Origin: Octopus bimaculoides
Lineage: Eukaryota
DNA: 64,000 nt
Assembly (NCBI RefSeq): GCF_001194135.2
Contig: NC_068984.1
Span: forward strand, 86,670,477 to 86,734,476
Direction: 5' to 3'
Shown: piece by piece, positions 10,796 to 57,299 of the stretch
Position numbering within the stretch: position 1 is the stretch's first letter
How the letters are laid out: the number at the start of each line of letters is the position of its first letter
Position numbers and translations under genes: made by a program
The notes under the pieces: model-generated
Database searches by the model: none
Told to the model about the DNA's origin: nothing
The model's input: only the letters and a program-made list of their open reading frames with translations

Positions 10796-13668
10796 GTTTG
10801 TGAGGTTGCAATAATACATTGAATAAAACAAATTTGAACAGAATATGTAACAAACTGTTAAAATAAAAAATAAACATTTTGGATTTTTAAAAATAAAAAT
10901 GAATGGAATGTTAACTAAAAATGATTAGCTACGAATGTAGCTAATGCAATCTTGTTTTAAAAAATCATTTTACATCAGTGATGCTTTCTCAAAATGAAAA
11001 TAAATTTCATATGAAGTAAAATATCCGTCAATTGTAAATAATGTAAAAAATGAAGTAAAATATATTCTAAAGCAGATATGGGTAACCTTTTCAAGAAACA
11101 GGATACATAAGACATGGGTCATAATCAGGCAGTCCACACTACTAAAAAAATCTGAGGTAATTTTTCATTAGGTGTGCCATTCAGAGAGTCCTGTGGGCTG
11201 CAATTTGCCAATGACTGCTCAAAAGTATTCAATAAAATCACAGTATGAATAAAATGGACTGAATGTTCCAAGTGCTAATATAGGTTTCTGACATTGGCCC
11301 AAGGCCACAAATTTATAGGGAAGGAGTACAGTCAAGGGCTTATTGTCTTAACCTTGGGATATGAAAAGCAAAACTGACCACACAGGATTTGAAGTTAAAG
11401 CATACAGAAATGTGAATAAACAACACAAGGCTTTTGTCTGGTGCTCTACTGATTCAATCATTCACCACCTTCTACTGCTAATATTTTAACATCAGCACAA
11501 GACTATCATTTTAAGAGAACATATAACAATGCATTAAAACAAATCCATTACTCAACTGCTACTTAATTTGATTAACCAAAACTGAGCACGATTGGATTTG
11601 AAATCAATGTGACTAAAAAGTGCAAAACATTTTGTCACTCATTGCCCTTCCTAGTGCTAATATTAGCAACAACATTTATATTACAATTATCAACTAGAAA
11701 TTATTTCATTTTTGTATCTGGTTTGCAAGATTCTTTATGTGAATTCATGTGTTGAAACAAATTTTGTTGTGTCTAGGGAGAGTCATTATACCAATATTAT
11801 TAACACATGCACTGGTTCGATTCCACTCCTTTAAGTCAATTGGTTAAATATCCAACTAACTAATTGATTGTTTGTTTAATTTGGTTAAACAGTAAGTCAT
11901 TTGCTTTGTTTTTCAAATATCTTTTGTTGCTACTTCCAACCTTTTCAATGACTTTCAGTGTGTGTGTTAATAATATTGGAATAATGACTCTCCCTAGACA
12001 CAACAAAACTGGAAATTATTTTCTATATAATAAAGTTAAATTATAATTTTGTTAGATTATATATTTCAAAATATTAAGGAGTTACTAATTAGGGGTTTTC
12101 AGATTCAACCTGAGATAAAATATGTAATTAAATTATTATCCTCAAACAACATAAAGGACAAACCTGACTAGTATATTAAGAAAAATAGCAGAGAATTTCA
12201 TAAGAGATCATTAGAAGCCCAAAATACAATCCTATACAATATGTTTAATGTAATTAAGTTAAATACTTGACACAGATGTGTCTATGTGCTTTTCTGTTAT
12301 GAATCCATTTCTGGTAGAATCAGAAATCGACTCTAAAAGAACCATTTCATTAATGCTCTTCAGAACAATATAGATTTTATAAGCTAGCAAGAGAGCCTCA
12401 ATATGGTAGCTCAACCTGTTAGAATTAGCAGCCACATCACACCTTACAGACAGCTTTTCAAACAGTAGGGATACAATGTAGTCCTAGATATATTATACCT
12501 TAAAAGAAAGGACAGGCATAGCTGAAAAGTATTTAATTATAAGTCTGCTCAGAGTTGACATGGTGGTAAACAACAAAAACATGGAGCTCATAACTCACTA
12601 CTCCATATCATATATTTCTAGAACATTAAACCAATGTAAAAACTATTGTTTGTCCATCTCTGACATGCCATCTGATGCTACAGCAAGCCAAATTTGTCAC
12701 CTTGTTTTGACTCCTAACTGGAACATTCATTTTGCCTCTTGCCCTAAACTGGAGGTCTCTTATAGCATTAAGACATACGTTAATATATTTAATCAAGAAT
12801 GTATGTATACATATGTAACGTACATGCTTATGGTTTTATGTGCAAAATATGTTCAATATACATGTGGTGACAGTGTGTAGTATCTATTACATATGTACCT
12901 CCACTTACTGTGATATGAAGGTCAAATATTCACTTATACACCAACACTATAATGGTATTGAATTAATGTTCTATTTATTGACACAATACTAGGTCTCTAA
13001 TGAATTTGAATTTTTTTTTTTTGTTTAGATTTTTAAAACTAGACAAAGCATGGCAATAGAAAGAAAATCCCCATTCAAAAGGAAGGGGGCATATTACCTT
13101 GGTAAAGCAACATATCTGTTACTGTTATTCATATGAGGAGAATAGGAAAGTATGCGTCCAAGCCATAACAATAGAACAAAACTTATATCAATTTCAAATC
13201 TGTAAAATCAGATATCACAATCTCAGCTTAAGTGAGTAATATCTCACCAATTATTGGTTCATTTCTCTGCTTTAAGCATTCATTAAACCAAAAAGACAAA
13301 AAAAAAAATCCGAACTGCAGACTACTAAACAAAAAAGGCACAGATAGGATCCATCTGCATAAGGAATAATGAAATATTAAAAAAAAAATGAATAAAATAA
13401 AAATTGTGAAATGAAACATAAATTGTAGACGTTATGATAATTAGAGCCCAGAAATTTGCCAATATTGTTTGTTAATTAGCAAACCTTTTCCATTGACTGT
13501 ATCACTCCATGTCTGGTATACAATGCTCAATTGTTCGATATGATTAACAACTAGTTTACAATTAATGTTTTAATTGGAACAGATTCTAGAAGAATATGCC
13601 AAAATAAACATTTGAAATACCGTGTGACATTTTTAATAAATATTGTTGTTAAAGAAATATTTAAATAA

Positions 13669-48163
<34,495 letters not shown>

Positions 48164-48424
48164 CTACAATACGATATTAAAGAAGAAAAGGTTATTACCA
48201 ATACTATTCATATAACTATTGATCTACCGGTAATATACAATTTAGGAAGATATTTACATTTAACATCTGTCCACAACTTCCCATAGCTAATTACTCTTTT
48301 TTTTTTATATAGTTATTATTAACCTGAATTCTTCAGACAATAAAAAAGAAAACGACCACTAAAAACAAAATAAGAATCAAACAAAATAATAATAATGAAG
48401 AGAAAAAGAGAAATGAGTACCCAC

Positions 48425-48436
48425 CAGATTATCCAT
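48425..48436 (-). CDS. GLCCI1: Candidate first coding exon (MDNL) of a short GLCCI1-like isoform
   Basis: acaATGG Kozak context and CTG|gtgggt donor; phase 0, with a 261-nt intron to the next exon. No transcript evidence. Confidence 0.5.
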
Positions 48437-50999
48437 TGTATATACACTGTTGTAGCAGTAGACTAACTAGTAACGGCGAAATCTAACAACAACAGCAGCA
48501 AAAGCAGCAGCAGCTTTAACAGTAGTAATATCAGCAGCAGCTTTTATCATAACAGTAGTAGCAGTAGCAGCAGCAGTAGCTTTCGTGGAAGTGGCGAGGA
48601 CAAAATGTCTTTAAAAAAAACCATACAGAATAACTTCTAAAACCTAACAAACAATAATATTTATACTAAAAATATTACAATCGAAGCAATAAAACGAAGG
48701 TGCTTCTATATCGTCGTTCGATCTGGTGGAAATAGTAGCTAAATGTTCTTCAAATTTCACCCCGACAATCTTAGAGAACAGAAGGACACATTTGATAATG
48801 TGATCCCAGATATACTTATACCTCAAAATAATACGGGATAATCATGGCTGGAACACAGTTAAACATTGCTTTGTTCGATCAAGACTGACTCGGGGTTAAA
48901 CAACAACAATGATTTTCAATACAAAAGTTGTGTTTATATGAATGATTTGAGCCACACAAAAAAAAAAAAAAAAAAACAAGTAGAAAATATTGGTGAGAAG
49001 TGTTGAGATGCTTACAGCATGATAAGGATGGTTTTAAAAGATATTCATAATTATGTTACGATAAAAATTCTAGACTTATCCAAATAAGCAATATAGCATT
49101 ATAAAATTTAAATAAAGAATTGGTTATCACAAGGTCAACCCAGATCGAATAAACCTATGAAAGTAGGCATACCGGTCGTGACCATCACGTTTATTTTATT
49201 TAATTTATTTTTTTCATTCATATACAGTATATTTAGGACTACATTACCCGTGTTTTTCAAAATAGGAGTCTGATTTGAAATGAATTTGGCTGCTATTTAT
49301 AGCAAATGGAATATTAGCCTACAAATAACGCAATTAAAGTGTACGATATACATGTAAAGGTTTTCGTTAATAATTTAATGCATAAGATGATTAATTACCA
49401 CATAGAACTTAAGTCTACAATATTCAAAGGGACAGTTATAGTATATATCCAAATAAAATGTGTTTAGTGATTTACTTAAAAGAAAAAACAAAAACAAAAC
49501 GTCTTGCCTTTAGCAATTTCCTACACAATGCAACCTTAAAACAGGTGTGTGTGTTTTAAATAGATTAAAAAAGAAAAACTCTTTATAGATATTAAGAATG
49601 TCAATATCCCTGTTATGATTAGTGATCACCATCATCATCATCATCATTTATAATTGATTTCTATGTGGACGTGACTTGTATAGTAGTAACTTTCTGAATC
49701 AGTTCTTATCTTGGAGATAGTGCCATCCTAAATGAGCTGAACAGTAACTATGTTCCATTCGTACATCCTATTTTTGACATAGTTTCTACAATTGGATATG
49801 TTATCTGTCACCAGCCTTTTTACAGAGTGGTCTGGGTGCATTTTATGGCACCAGGTCTAGAGAGGTTGTCATGTCCTCAGCAAAATGAAAAAGTCTTTTC
49901 TATCCTTTTTGTCTCTGTTCATTTGGCAACCACTTTATAGAGTGTACTGGAACAATAGAAAGAAAAATGTAGATTCAGTTTCAAATCTTGGCTTACAATC
50001 TTTGAAGCTATTTGTTACATCACTCTTTCCCTAAGAGAGTTGGTCAAAAGCAAACAAATGACAATAGCAAAAATTGCAGAAATGTGCACAATGTGAAAGT
50101 TGAAGAAAATTCAAAATTGTGAATCTAGGATTTAACCGTTGAAAGACATAAGAGTAACTGAAAATGCAATAGAGATATTTTTTCTGATATATGCAGCTCA
50201 AAAGTCAGTTCAGATAGTTTAATTTTCATCTCCAATTGTAGAAAGCTGTTGTCATATCTTCACAGAAAGGCAACATCTGGTAGAGAAGGTGGCAATTCTT
50301 TAAGTTGGGTGTCAACAGACTGTAATGATTATTGTAGTATTTTGTAGAGAAATCATTTAATTCTTGAGTCAGAAGTTATAAAGTGTAATGATAATGTGCA
50401 CACATTGGCACATCAGCATCACCAATTTATATGTAGCATTTAAATGAAAGAAAAAAATATTGTTAATTGAAATGGCCCTATGTTTGTGTCATCATCATTA
50501 CAATATAAGATACTTCTTCAAGTCGTAGTTATATAATGATAATTTTCCATTCTGTAGGTAATTAGTTTCTCCTTTTGTTGACTGCTAGAAAACTGATGGA
50601 AAAAGGAGAGAGAAAAAGTAAGAGAGTCTACCTTTCTGAGCTGATAAGTAGACAGGGTGTAAGTTGTATTGCCACACAATGACAATCCATAAGAGAAAGA
50701 GAGAAATAGATGCTCTTCAGCTAAGTGTTAAGTAACCAAAGAGACAGAACCGATTTTGGGTTCTGTATTTATATTTTTTTTAACTAAATTAGGTCAGGTG
50801 GAACAAAAAAATTTTTCTCTGTAATCAGCCTTGATCTAAGGTTGACTCAAAAGGTTACACGTTAACAATTGACACTCAAATTTCCTAGTGCAAAAGCTGA
50901 GAACAATAAGAGAACTTGTAGAAAAATGTAGATCCGGTTTCAACTCTTAGCTTAGAATCTAGGAAGCTGTTCATTACACCTTTCAATTAGATATGGCTA

Positions 51000-51420
51000 A
51001 GAGGGTGATTAGGAGAGAAAGTGATAATGAAAAGAGAACTAAAGTGAGAATGTGAAGAAAGAGAGAGAGAGTATGAATATGATGGGTATAATAGAGTGAT
51101 AGGAGTGAAGACAGGAAGAGAAAGACAGTGATAGGTAGCTATATATGTTTATTGTCAGTAAAGAAATTGATTAGAAAAACAGTATAAGTGGAATGTCAAT
51201 GAAAATGGAAAGAGAGGGGAAAGATAGAGTGATATATGTCAACAAAGAGTGATAGAGAGTGAGTAAGGTGAGAGAAAGAGAATGAAAGATTGAAGAATAG
51301 CAATAAAGATAGGTGATAGTATGTGACGATGAGTGGTGGATAGCAACAGAAGTGGGTAAGAGAAAAGTGATGAGGAAAGAGAGTGATAGCTAGTAGTAAA
51401 GAAGGGTGATGGTAGGGGTT
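51000..51420. repeat. GA-rich polypurine low-complexity tract
   Basis: Strong purine bias on the + strand with degenerate gagtgata/gagaga units. Confidence 0.8.
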
Positions 51421-51829
51421 TGAATAGGGACAGATCAGATACCAACCTTCAAAGCCATCTTAAGGCATAACCACACTGGGCAGTTACCTAGGGGCCTCAC
51501 AGGTCTAAAAGTTCAATTTTGATCTATGTATGATGTGGTTTGCAGTCAATAAATAAATACTATAGGACTCAGTTCACTGATTTGCTCAGAAGCTTATAAT
51601 ATTACTAAGATTATTCAGCCAACTTTTTTTACGCAGGTGGTATGGTACAGTGAATACAAAAGATGTGGAGTGTTAGAATGAGGTTAAATGGAAAGGTGTG
51701 AAGGCAATATTTGGAGACATAACAGGAATATATATATGGTGAGAGATCCAATGTGGATATACATTCCAATCTTCATCACCATTTAACATCCACTCTGCCA
51801 TGCTTAAATAGGCAGATAGGTTTTCTCCA

Positions 51830-52200
51830 GCACTATCTATCAGCAATTATCAGTCTTTTGTCATCTTTTTAGTGAAGTTCAACTTGAGATCAATCTTCAC
51901 CATTTTATCCCAAATCTTTCTAAGTTTTCATCATCAATATATTCCATCTACATTGGGTACACTGCACATCTTTATTCAACTGACATCCTCAATAGGCATT
52001 ACTTACTCATAGCAGTGCAGTCTTCTCTTTTGCACACTACATCTGACTCCTCTTGTATCCAGCTCTTTTGTGCTCTGTTATTGGTGTACTCTAACATTAT
52101 ACATCCAGCACAGTATGCCTACTTAATTTCTTTCAAACTCTCACCAATTTGCCAATGGATTACAAGACTATGTTTTTCTACAATTCATGAACTTGCAACA
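51830..52200 (-). mobile_element. RTE LINE 3' fragment, degenerate
   Basis: The minus strand has agatgtagtgtgcaaaagagaagactgcactg, homologous to 38540-38580. Confidence 0.6.
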
Positions 52201-52399
52201 ATGTAAACTATACATGAACTCACCAAGTTACTTTTATCTACTAATCTAAAGAGTGAAAATATCTATGAGTTATCTTCTCCTTTCATAACAACCAATTTCT
52301 GGAATGAATAACTAAAATAACTAAATTCGTGTTTTCCTTCACCAGATTTTCTTCAAGTACCCTCATCTGTTCTAATTTCCTCCTTCTTGTTCTTTACTA

Positions 52400-53260
52400 T
52401 TCTTACTTCAATTAATTTATCTATATCCGCGAATCATTCTTGTCTCATGCCACTCTGTATATAAAACATTCTCTAATTTTACCAAGTTGTATCAACATAC
52501 CAGCCCAATATCCCAAATGTTGGTACTAGCATTGGCACTGCAAAAGCATTGTTAAATGCAGACAGCTCAGAGTTCCATATTTTCCAGAAGTAGTCTTTTG
52601 TTATTCTGACAAGTCACAGCACCAATGTATGCAACATTCTCATCAATTCTAAGGTACTTGTAGTTTTCATCATTAGAGATAGGGGAGATAGACAAGCTGT
52701 TGATGTATATGTTCTCTGTCTGGTCGGCAATCTTTCCTCAGTTAACTACCATGTATGAGCGTTTCTCTTGCCCAAACTCCATTCCTGTATCTTGTGAGAA
52801 TGATGTGACTAGTTCTAGTTGTCTCTTGATGTTGACCATATTATCAGAACTTTAGGTCACCAACAAAAAATGTATGGCTGACATTAATTTTATTCTTTTC
52901 TGCATATCCCAGCAGGTAGTCTAGGCATTTTTTTTAACAGGGATGAAAAGTGGTTCACTGTCAGTACAATATTACAGATAAATTATCACTCTGGAATATG
53001 TCTGTTGATAGCTTAATTCTGTTTGTAAGAAATAGGTATTGCTTTAGTAGTCAGTGTAGACCATGTTGTTGTCAGTCTTTCAATGGCATTCCCTATAACA
53101 GTTGGTACTTTGGTAAGGTGTAGTGATTCTATCATCCATGAATGAGGCACAGAGTTGAACGCCTTCTTGTAGTCTAGCTATATTGTTAAGAGATTACAGT
53201 GATGTAGTTTGGCTTCCTTAAAGACAGCTTTGTTGAGAAGGAACTGTTCAGTACAGCCCT
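52400..53260 (-). mobile_element. R4/Dong-like non-LTR reverse-transcriptase fragment, degenerate
   Basis: LDYKKAFNSVPHSWM, VSHTFFVGDLKF, DTGMEFGQEK, YKYL and AFAVP.LVPTFGILGW. The clade assignment is from recalled motifs. Confidence 0.65.
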
Positions 53261-55471
53261 AGACTTGTTTTTTTCTTCCTGTATGTTCATTAGTTATCAC
53301 ACCATTTGTTTGGCAGTGGACTTGGAGAAACATATTCAAACAACATGTGTACAGTTTGTACTTGATATTCAAGCATGCTGTGAACCTATAGCCACATGGG
53401 TCTCTTATATGTATGTATGTATGAATGAAGTGAAGGTGCATGACTTAGTAGCTAGGATATTTGGCTCATGATCATAAGATCATGTGTTTGATTACCGGCA
53501 GCATGTTGTACCCTTGAGCAAGGCACTTTATTTCTCATTGCTCCAGTCCACTCAGCTGACAAAAATGAGTTGTACTTGTTGTACAAAGGGCCTGTCTTGT
53601 CATACTCTGTGTTATGCTGAATCTCCCTGAGAACTATGTTTGTGGACTGCTCAGCAACTTGCACATTTATTTCATGAGCAGACTATCCAAGATTGTACCA
53701 ACTGGAATACTCATTGTTGTTACTAACAGAGTTCCAGGCAATGTATGTAAACATACATATATGCATACATAAATGCACACACGTGACTTTGTGTTTGTGT
53801 TTGGCCACCCACCATTGCCTGACAACCGATGTTGGTTTGCTTACATCCCCCATAACTTAATAGTTTAACAAAAGAGACTGATAGAATAAATACCAGACAT
53901 AGAATAAGTGCTGGTGGGGTGGGGGGTGATTTATTTGACTAAACCCTTCAAAACAGTGCTCTAGCATGGTCATTATCCAATGACTGCAACAGGTAAAAAT
54001 AAACAAGTATGCATAGCCCCAAAGAATATTTTCAAACTCAGTCAGCCTATAAAAATAGTTTATACTTTGAATGAATCCCTGGAGTAATAAAAACTGCCTG
54101 GATATACATGTTCTGAATCTTTGGAAGACAAGTCGTAAAACAATAAATAATTTATGCAGATGAAATGCATTCAATGGAGTGTTTTCAGAAACCAGTTTAC
54201 ATTTAATTATCTATGCTAGCTTGGTTATAATGTCTACTCACTTGGAAATATTTGTAAAATAAATATTTACACTTTATGATCTTATTCCAGCTTTACCTGT
54301 TCTGCAATAAGTAACGAGATGATCTCAACTTAAGGATTTTGACACTATTACAATAACTTTCACTAATCATTTTTTGAAAATGAGATACCCTTTCATTTCC
54401 AGCTTACCATTCATTTACAGCAGTTTTCAAAACTGAAGTGCAGATCAATTAATATGAATTCATTACCTGACTCCTGTCTTGGCATGATTGCACTCATTGA
54501 CTTTTCTTTTTCATTTTGTTCTAATCCTAATGTTTTGGTATGCTACTGATACAAACACTTCTGGTAGTAACAACCAGTTTCAACCATGTAAAATTACTTG
54601 GTCATTATGAACACGTTTGTTTTCCCAGCTGATACTACAGCTTTTCCATCTGCTGTGAACTTTATTTTCTTTCTTCTGACGAATATGAGTGACCCAGTAC
54701 AGCTATCTGAGTGGATAAGGATAGTGACCAGAGCACAAACAGTTTTTTTTCTTCTTTCTACCCCCCCCCCCCCCCCACCTCAGTCTACCACTACCATATA
54801 TTCATGCTAATCTCCAGAGACTTCATATTATTCATGCACTGAATAATTAGGAATTTGTTTATGTTTATTATATATATATATATATATATATCACATATTA
54901 TTCACTATAAACATAACACTGCTATTTGATACAGTTGTATAGAATGTACAGTGATCCAACAGTGAGATAAGAGGCCAATTAATTTAAAAGAGATAGAAAA
55001 TAACTTGCTTGTTTGTGCTATCTCTCTCATTTTCTATTTGTAAAACTGCCAGAAGAACCTCCACTTATCTACAACATAACAAAAACAATATTTGAAAAAA
55101 AAAAAAAAAAAGCTAGGCCATCACTTCAGAATTAGAAATTACGAAATTACTTCTGCTTTAAACAGCTGCTGAATTCTAAAAGGCCCAAGTATGATCCCCA
55201 TCCTCATCATCACTACCAACACACATTAGATTACTGCAGCTCACATATCAGGGATGGAGCAGTTATTATATTCACAAATATTTTAGACCATTCCATCCAA
55301 CTGATTGGTAAGGAACGCACTCCAGCCTATTACACAGCCAAAATACTTTGTCACATCTACAATTTTGTACTGAAAAGCTTTTATAGAAATGGTTCTCAAT
55401 TTTTTTTTTCTTTGATTTCCTGACACTATGGGGATCAAAAAATGTAATTTCCTTCAAATCATATACTGCGG

Positions 55472-55515
<44 letters not shown>

Positions 55516-56574
55516 AATGAAAACATTGCAAGCAATTGTTTTAGGTATACAAACTGAAAAAATGCAACAGTTGTAGCAGGAACACTTTTGCTAGGATTTC
55601 CTTCATCAGTGTTGACATGGGCCAAGAAAAAAAAAACAAAAACAACTCACACTTTAAAATGAATGGTTCTCATTTAGTGTAATATTGGTTTCAAATTTTG
55701 CCACAAGGTCAGCAAGTTCAGGGGAGGGGGTAAGCTGATTAAATCGACCCCAGTGATCAATTGGTACTTATTTTATTGCTCCAAAAGGATGAAAGGCTAA
55801 GTTGACCTTGGTGGAATTTGAACTCAAAACATAAATACAAACGAAATGCTGCTGAACATTTTGCCCAGCATGCTAACAATTCTGCCAGCTCACCACTTTC
55901 ATTTAGTCTTAAAGTGCACACAATTTTCACTTTCATTCTACAAAGTTCCTGTAATTTATAGAAATTGATTTAACTAACAACATTCCTTATCTTTAAATGT
56001 TAGTGAAATGTTATGTAAGTAGATCTTAGAGATTTGGCTAACAAGTACAGCACCTATGCAGTCTCTATATCAGCTTTTCTGAGGACAGAGAACCTTTTGT
56101 ATTAGAAGGCCATATTGAATTAAGTGATATTTTTAGTGGTTAATCTTAGACCTGTCCTGATTGAGTATACCTGTAATTAAAGGTGTTCCAACTATGAACA
56201 TCCCATTCTTTTAAATTTTTGTATCCTCTTTCTGGTTTCAGCAAAGAGCACTGATAAACCCAGCCCTAATGATGTATCTCTTTCATTTCCCGTTTGGGTT
56301 CTTGACAACATACCATGTCAAGTTCAAAAGAAACCAGTTTGTCTCAGACTCAGATATGAAGATGACCATGTCCAAGTCTCAAATATGCAACCAAAATCTA
56401 ACATTGACAAAACAATTTCATCCATACAATTAAGACTAAATCTATAACAGCATTGTATACAGAGCTGAGTTGCACTAGAATTGTGTACTTGCATTTTGCA
56501 TAATGTGCAGTTTCATCTTAGGTCAATTTTAACTGTCAGATTTTTAAAAAAGGGATAAACTGGAAAAAAAAAAG

Positions 56575-57080
56575 TGACTGTGTGGTAAGAAGCTTGCTTC
56601 CTGATCTCATAGTTCTGGGCTCAGTCCCACTGTGTGACATCTTGAGAAAGTATCTTCTACTATAGCCTCAGGCCAATCAAAGTCTTGTAAGTGGATTTGG
56701 TTCATGGAAACTGGAAGAAACCGGTCATATATATACATCATCATTGTTTAATGTCCGCTTTCCATGCTGTCAAATGTAATGATTATTCATTCACATTGTT
56801 TTGTGAGTGGATTTGGAAGAGGGAAACTGAAAGAAGCCTATCATATATATAGGTATGTCTTTGTGTCTGTGTTTGTCCCCACCACCATCGTTTGACAACC
56901 AATGTTGGTGTGTTTACATCTCCGTAACTTAGCAGTTCAGCAAAAAGGACCAATAGAGTAAGTGAGTAAGTACTAGGCTTACAAAGAATAAGTCCTTGGG
57001 TTGATTTCTTTGACTAAAGCCCTTTAAGGTGGTGCTCCAGTATAGCCGCAGTCAAATGACTGAAACAAGTAAAAGAATAA
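56575..57080 (+). mobile_element. SINE family A with an internal rearrangement or duplication
   Basis: Head at 56575; the gtgagtggatttgg..ggaaactg segment appears twice (about 56690 and 56805); tail at 57060. Confidence 0.8.
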
Positions 57081-57299
57081 AAAAAGGTTTAATTTACTTT
57101 TTATGAAATAAAAAAATAAGAAATGCATTGATGTTATGTGCAATCAGAACATATAAGGTAAGGGACTAGCTTAAATTTCATAACTTTTCTATTCCTGTCT
57201 ATTGCTAATGAAGTTTGTTGAAGCATATTTTATTCAATGGATGACTAAATATGAATGAGCAACACAAAATTTCTTGTAGAGAGACAGCAAGAATACAGC

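Noticed and set aside
54467-54720. CAG|gtaatg donor as a possible upstream GLCCI1-like exon
   Set aside because: The required phase-0 frame has a TGA within ten codons and lacks the DKxTQ or GQWP motif.
55272-55625. 117-aa - strand ORF
   Set aside because: It is driven by a poly-T tract (poly-Phe), with no splice support or homology.
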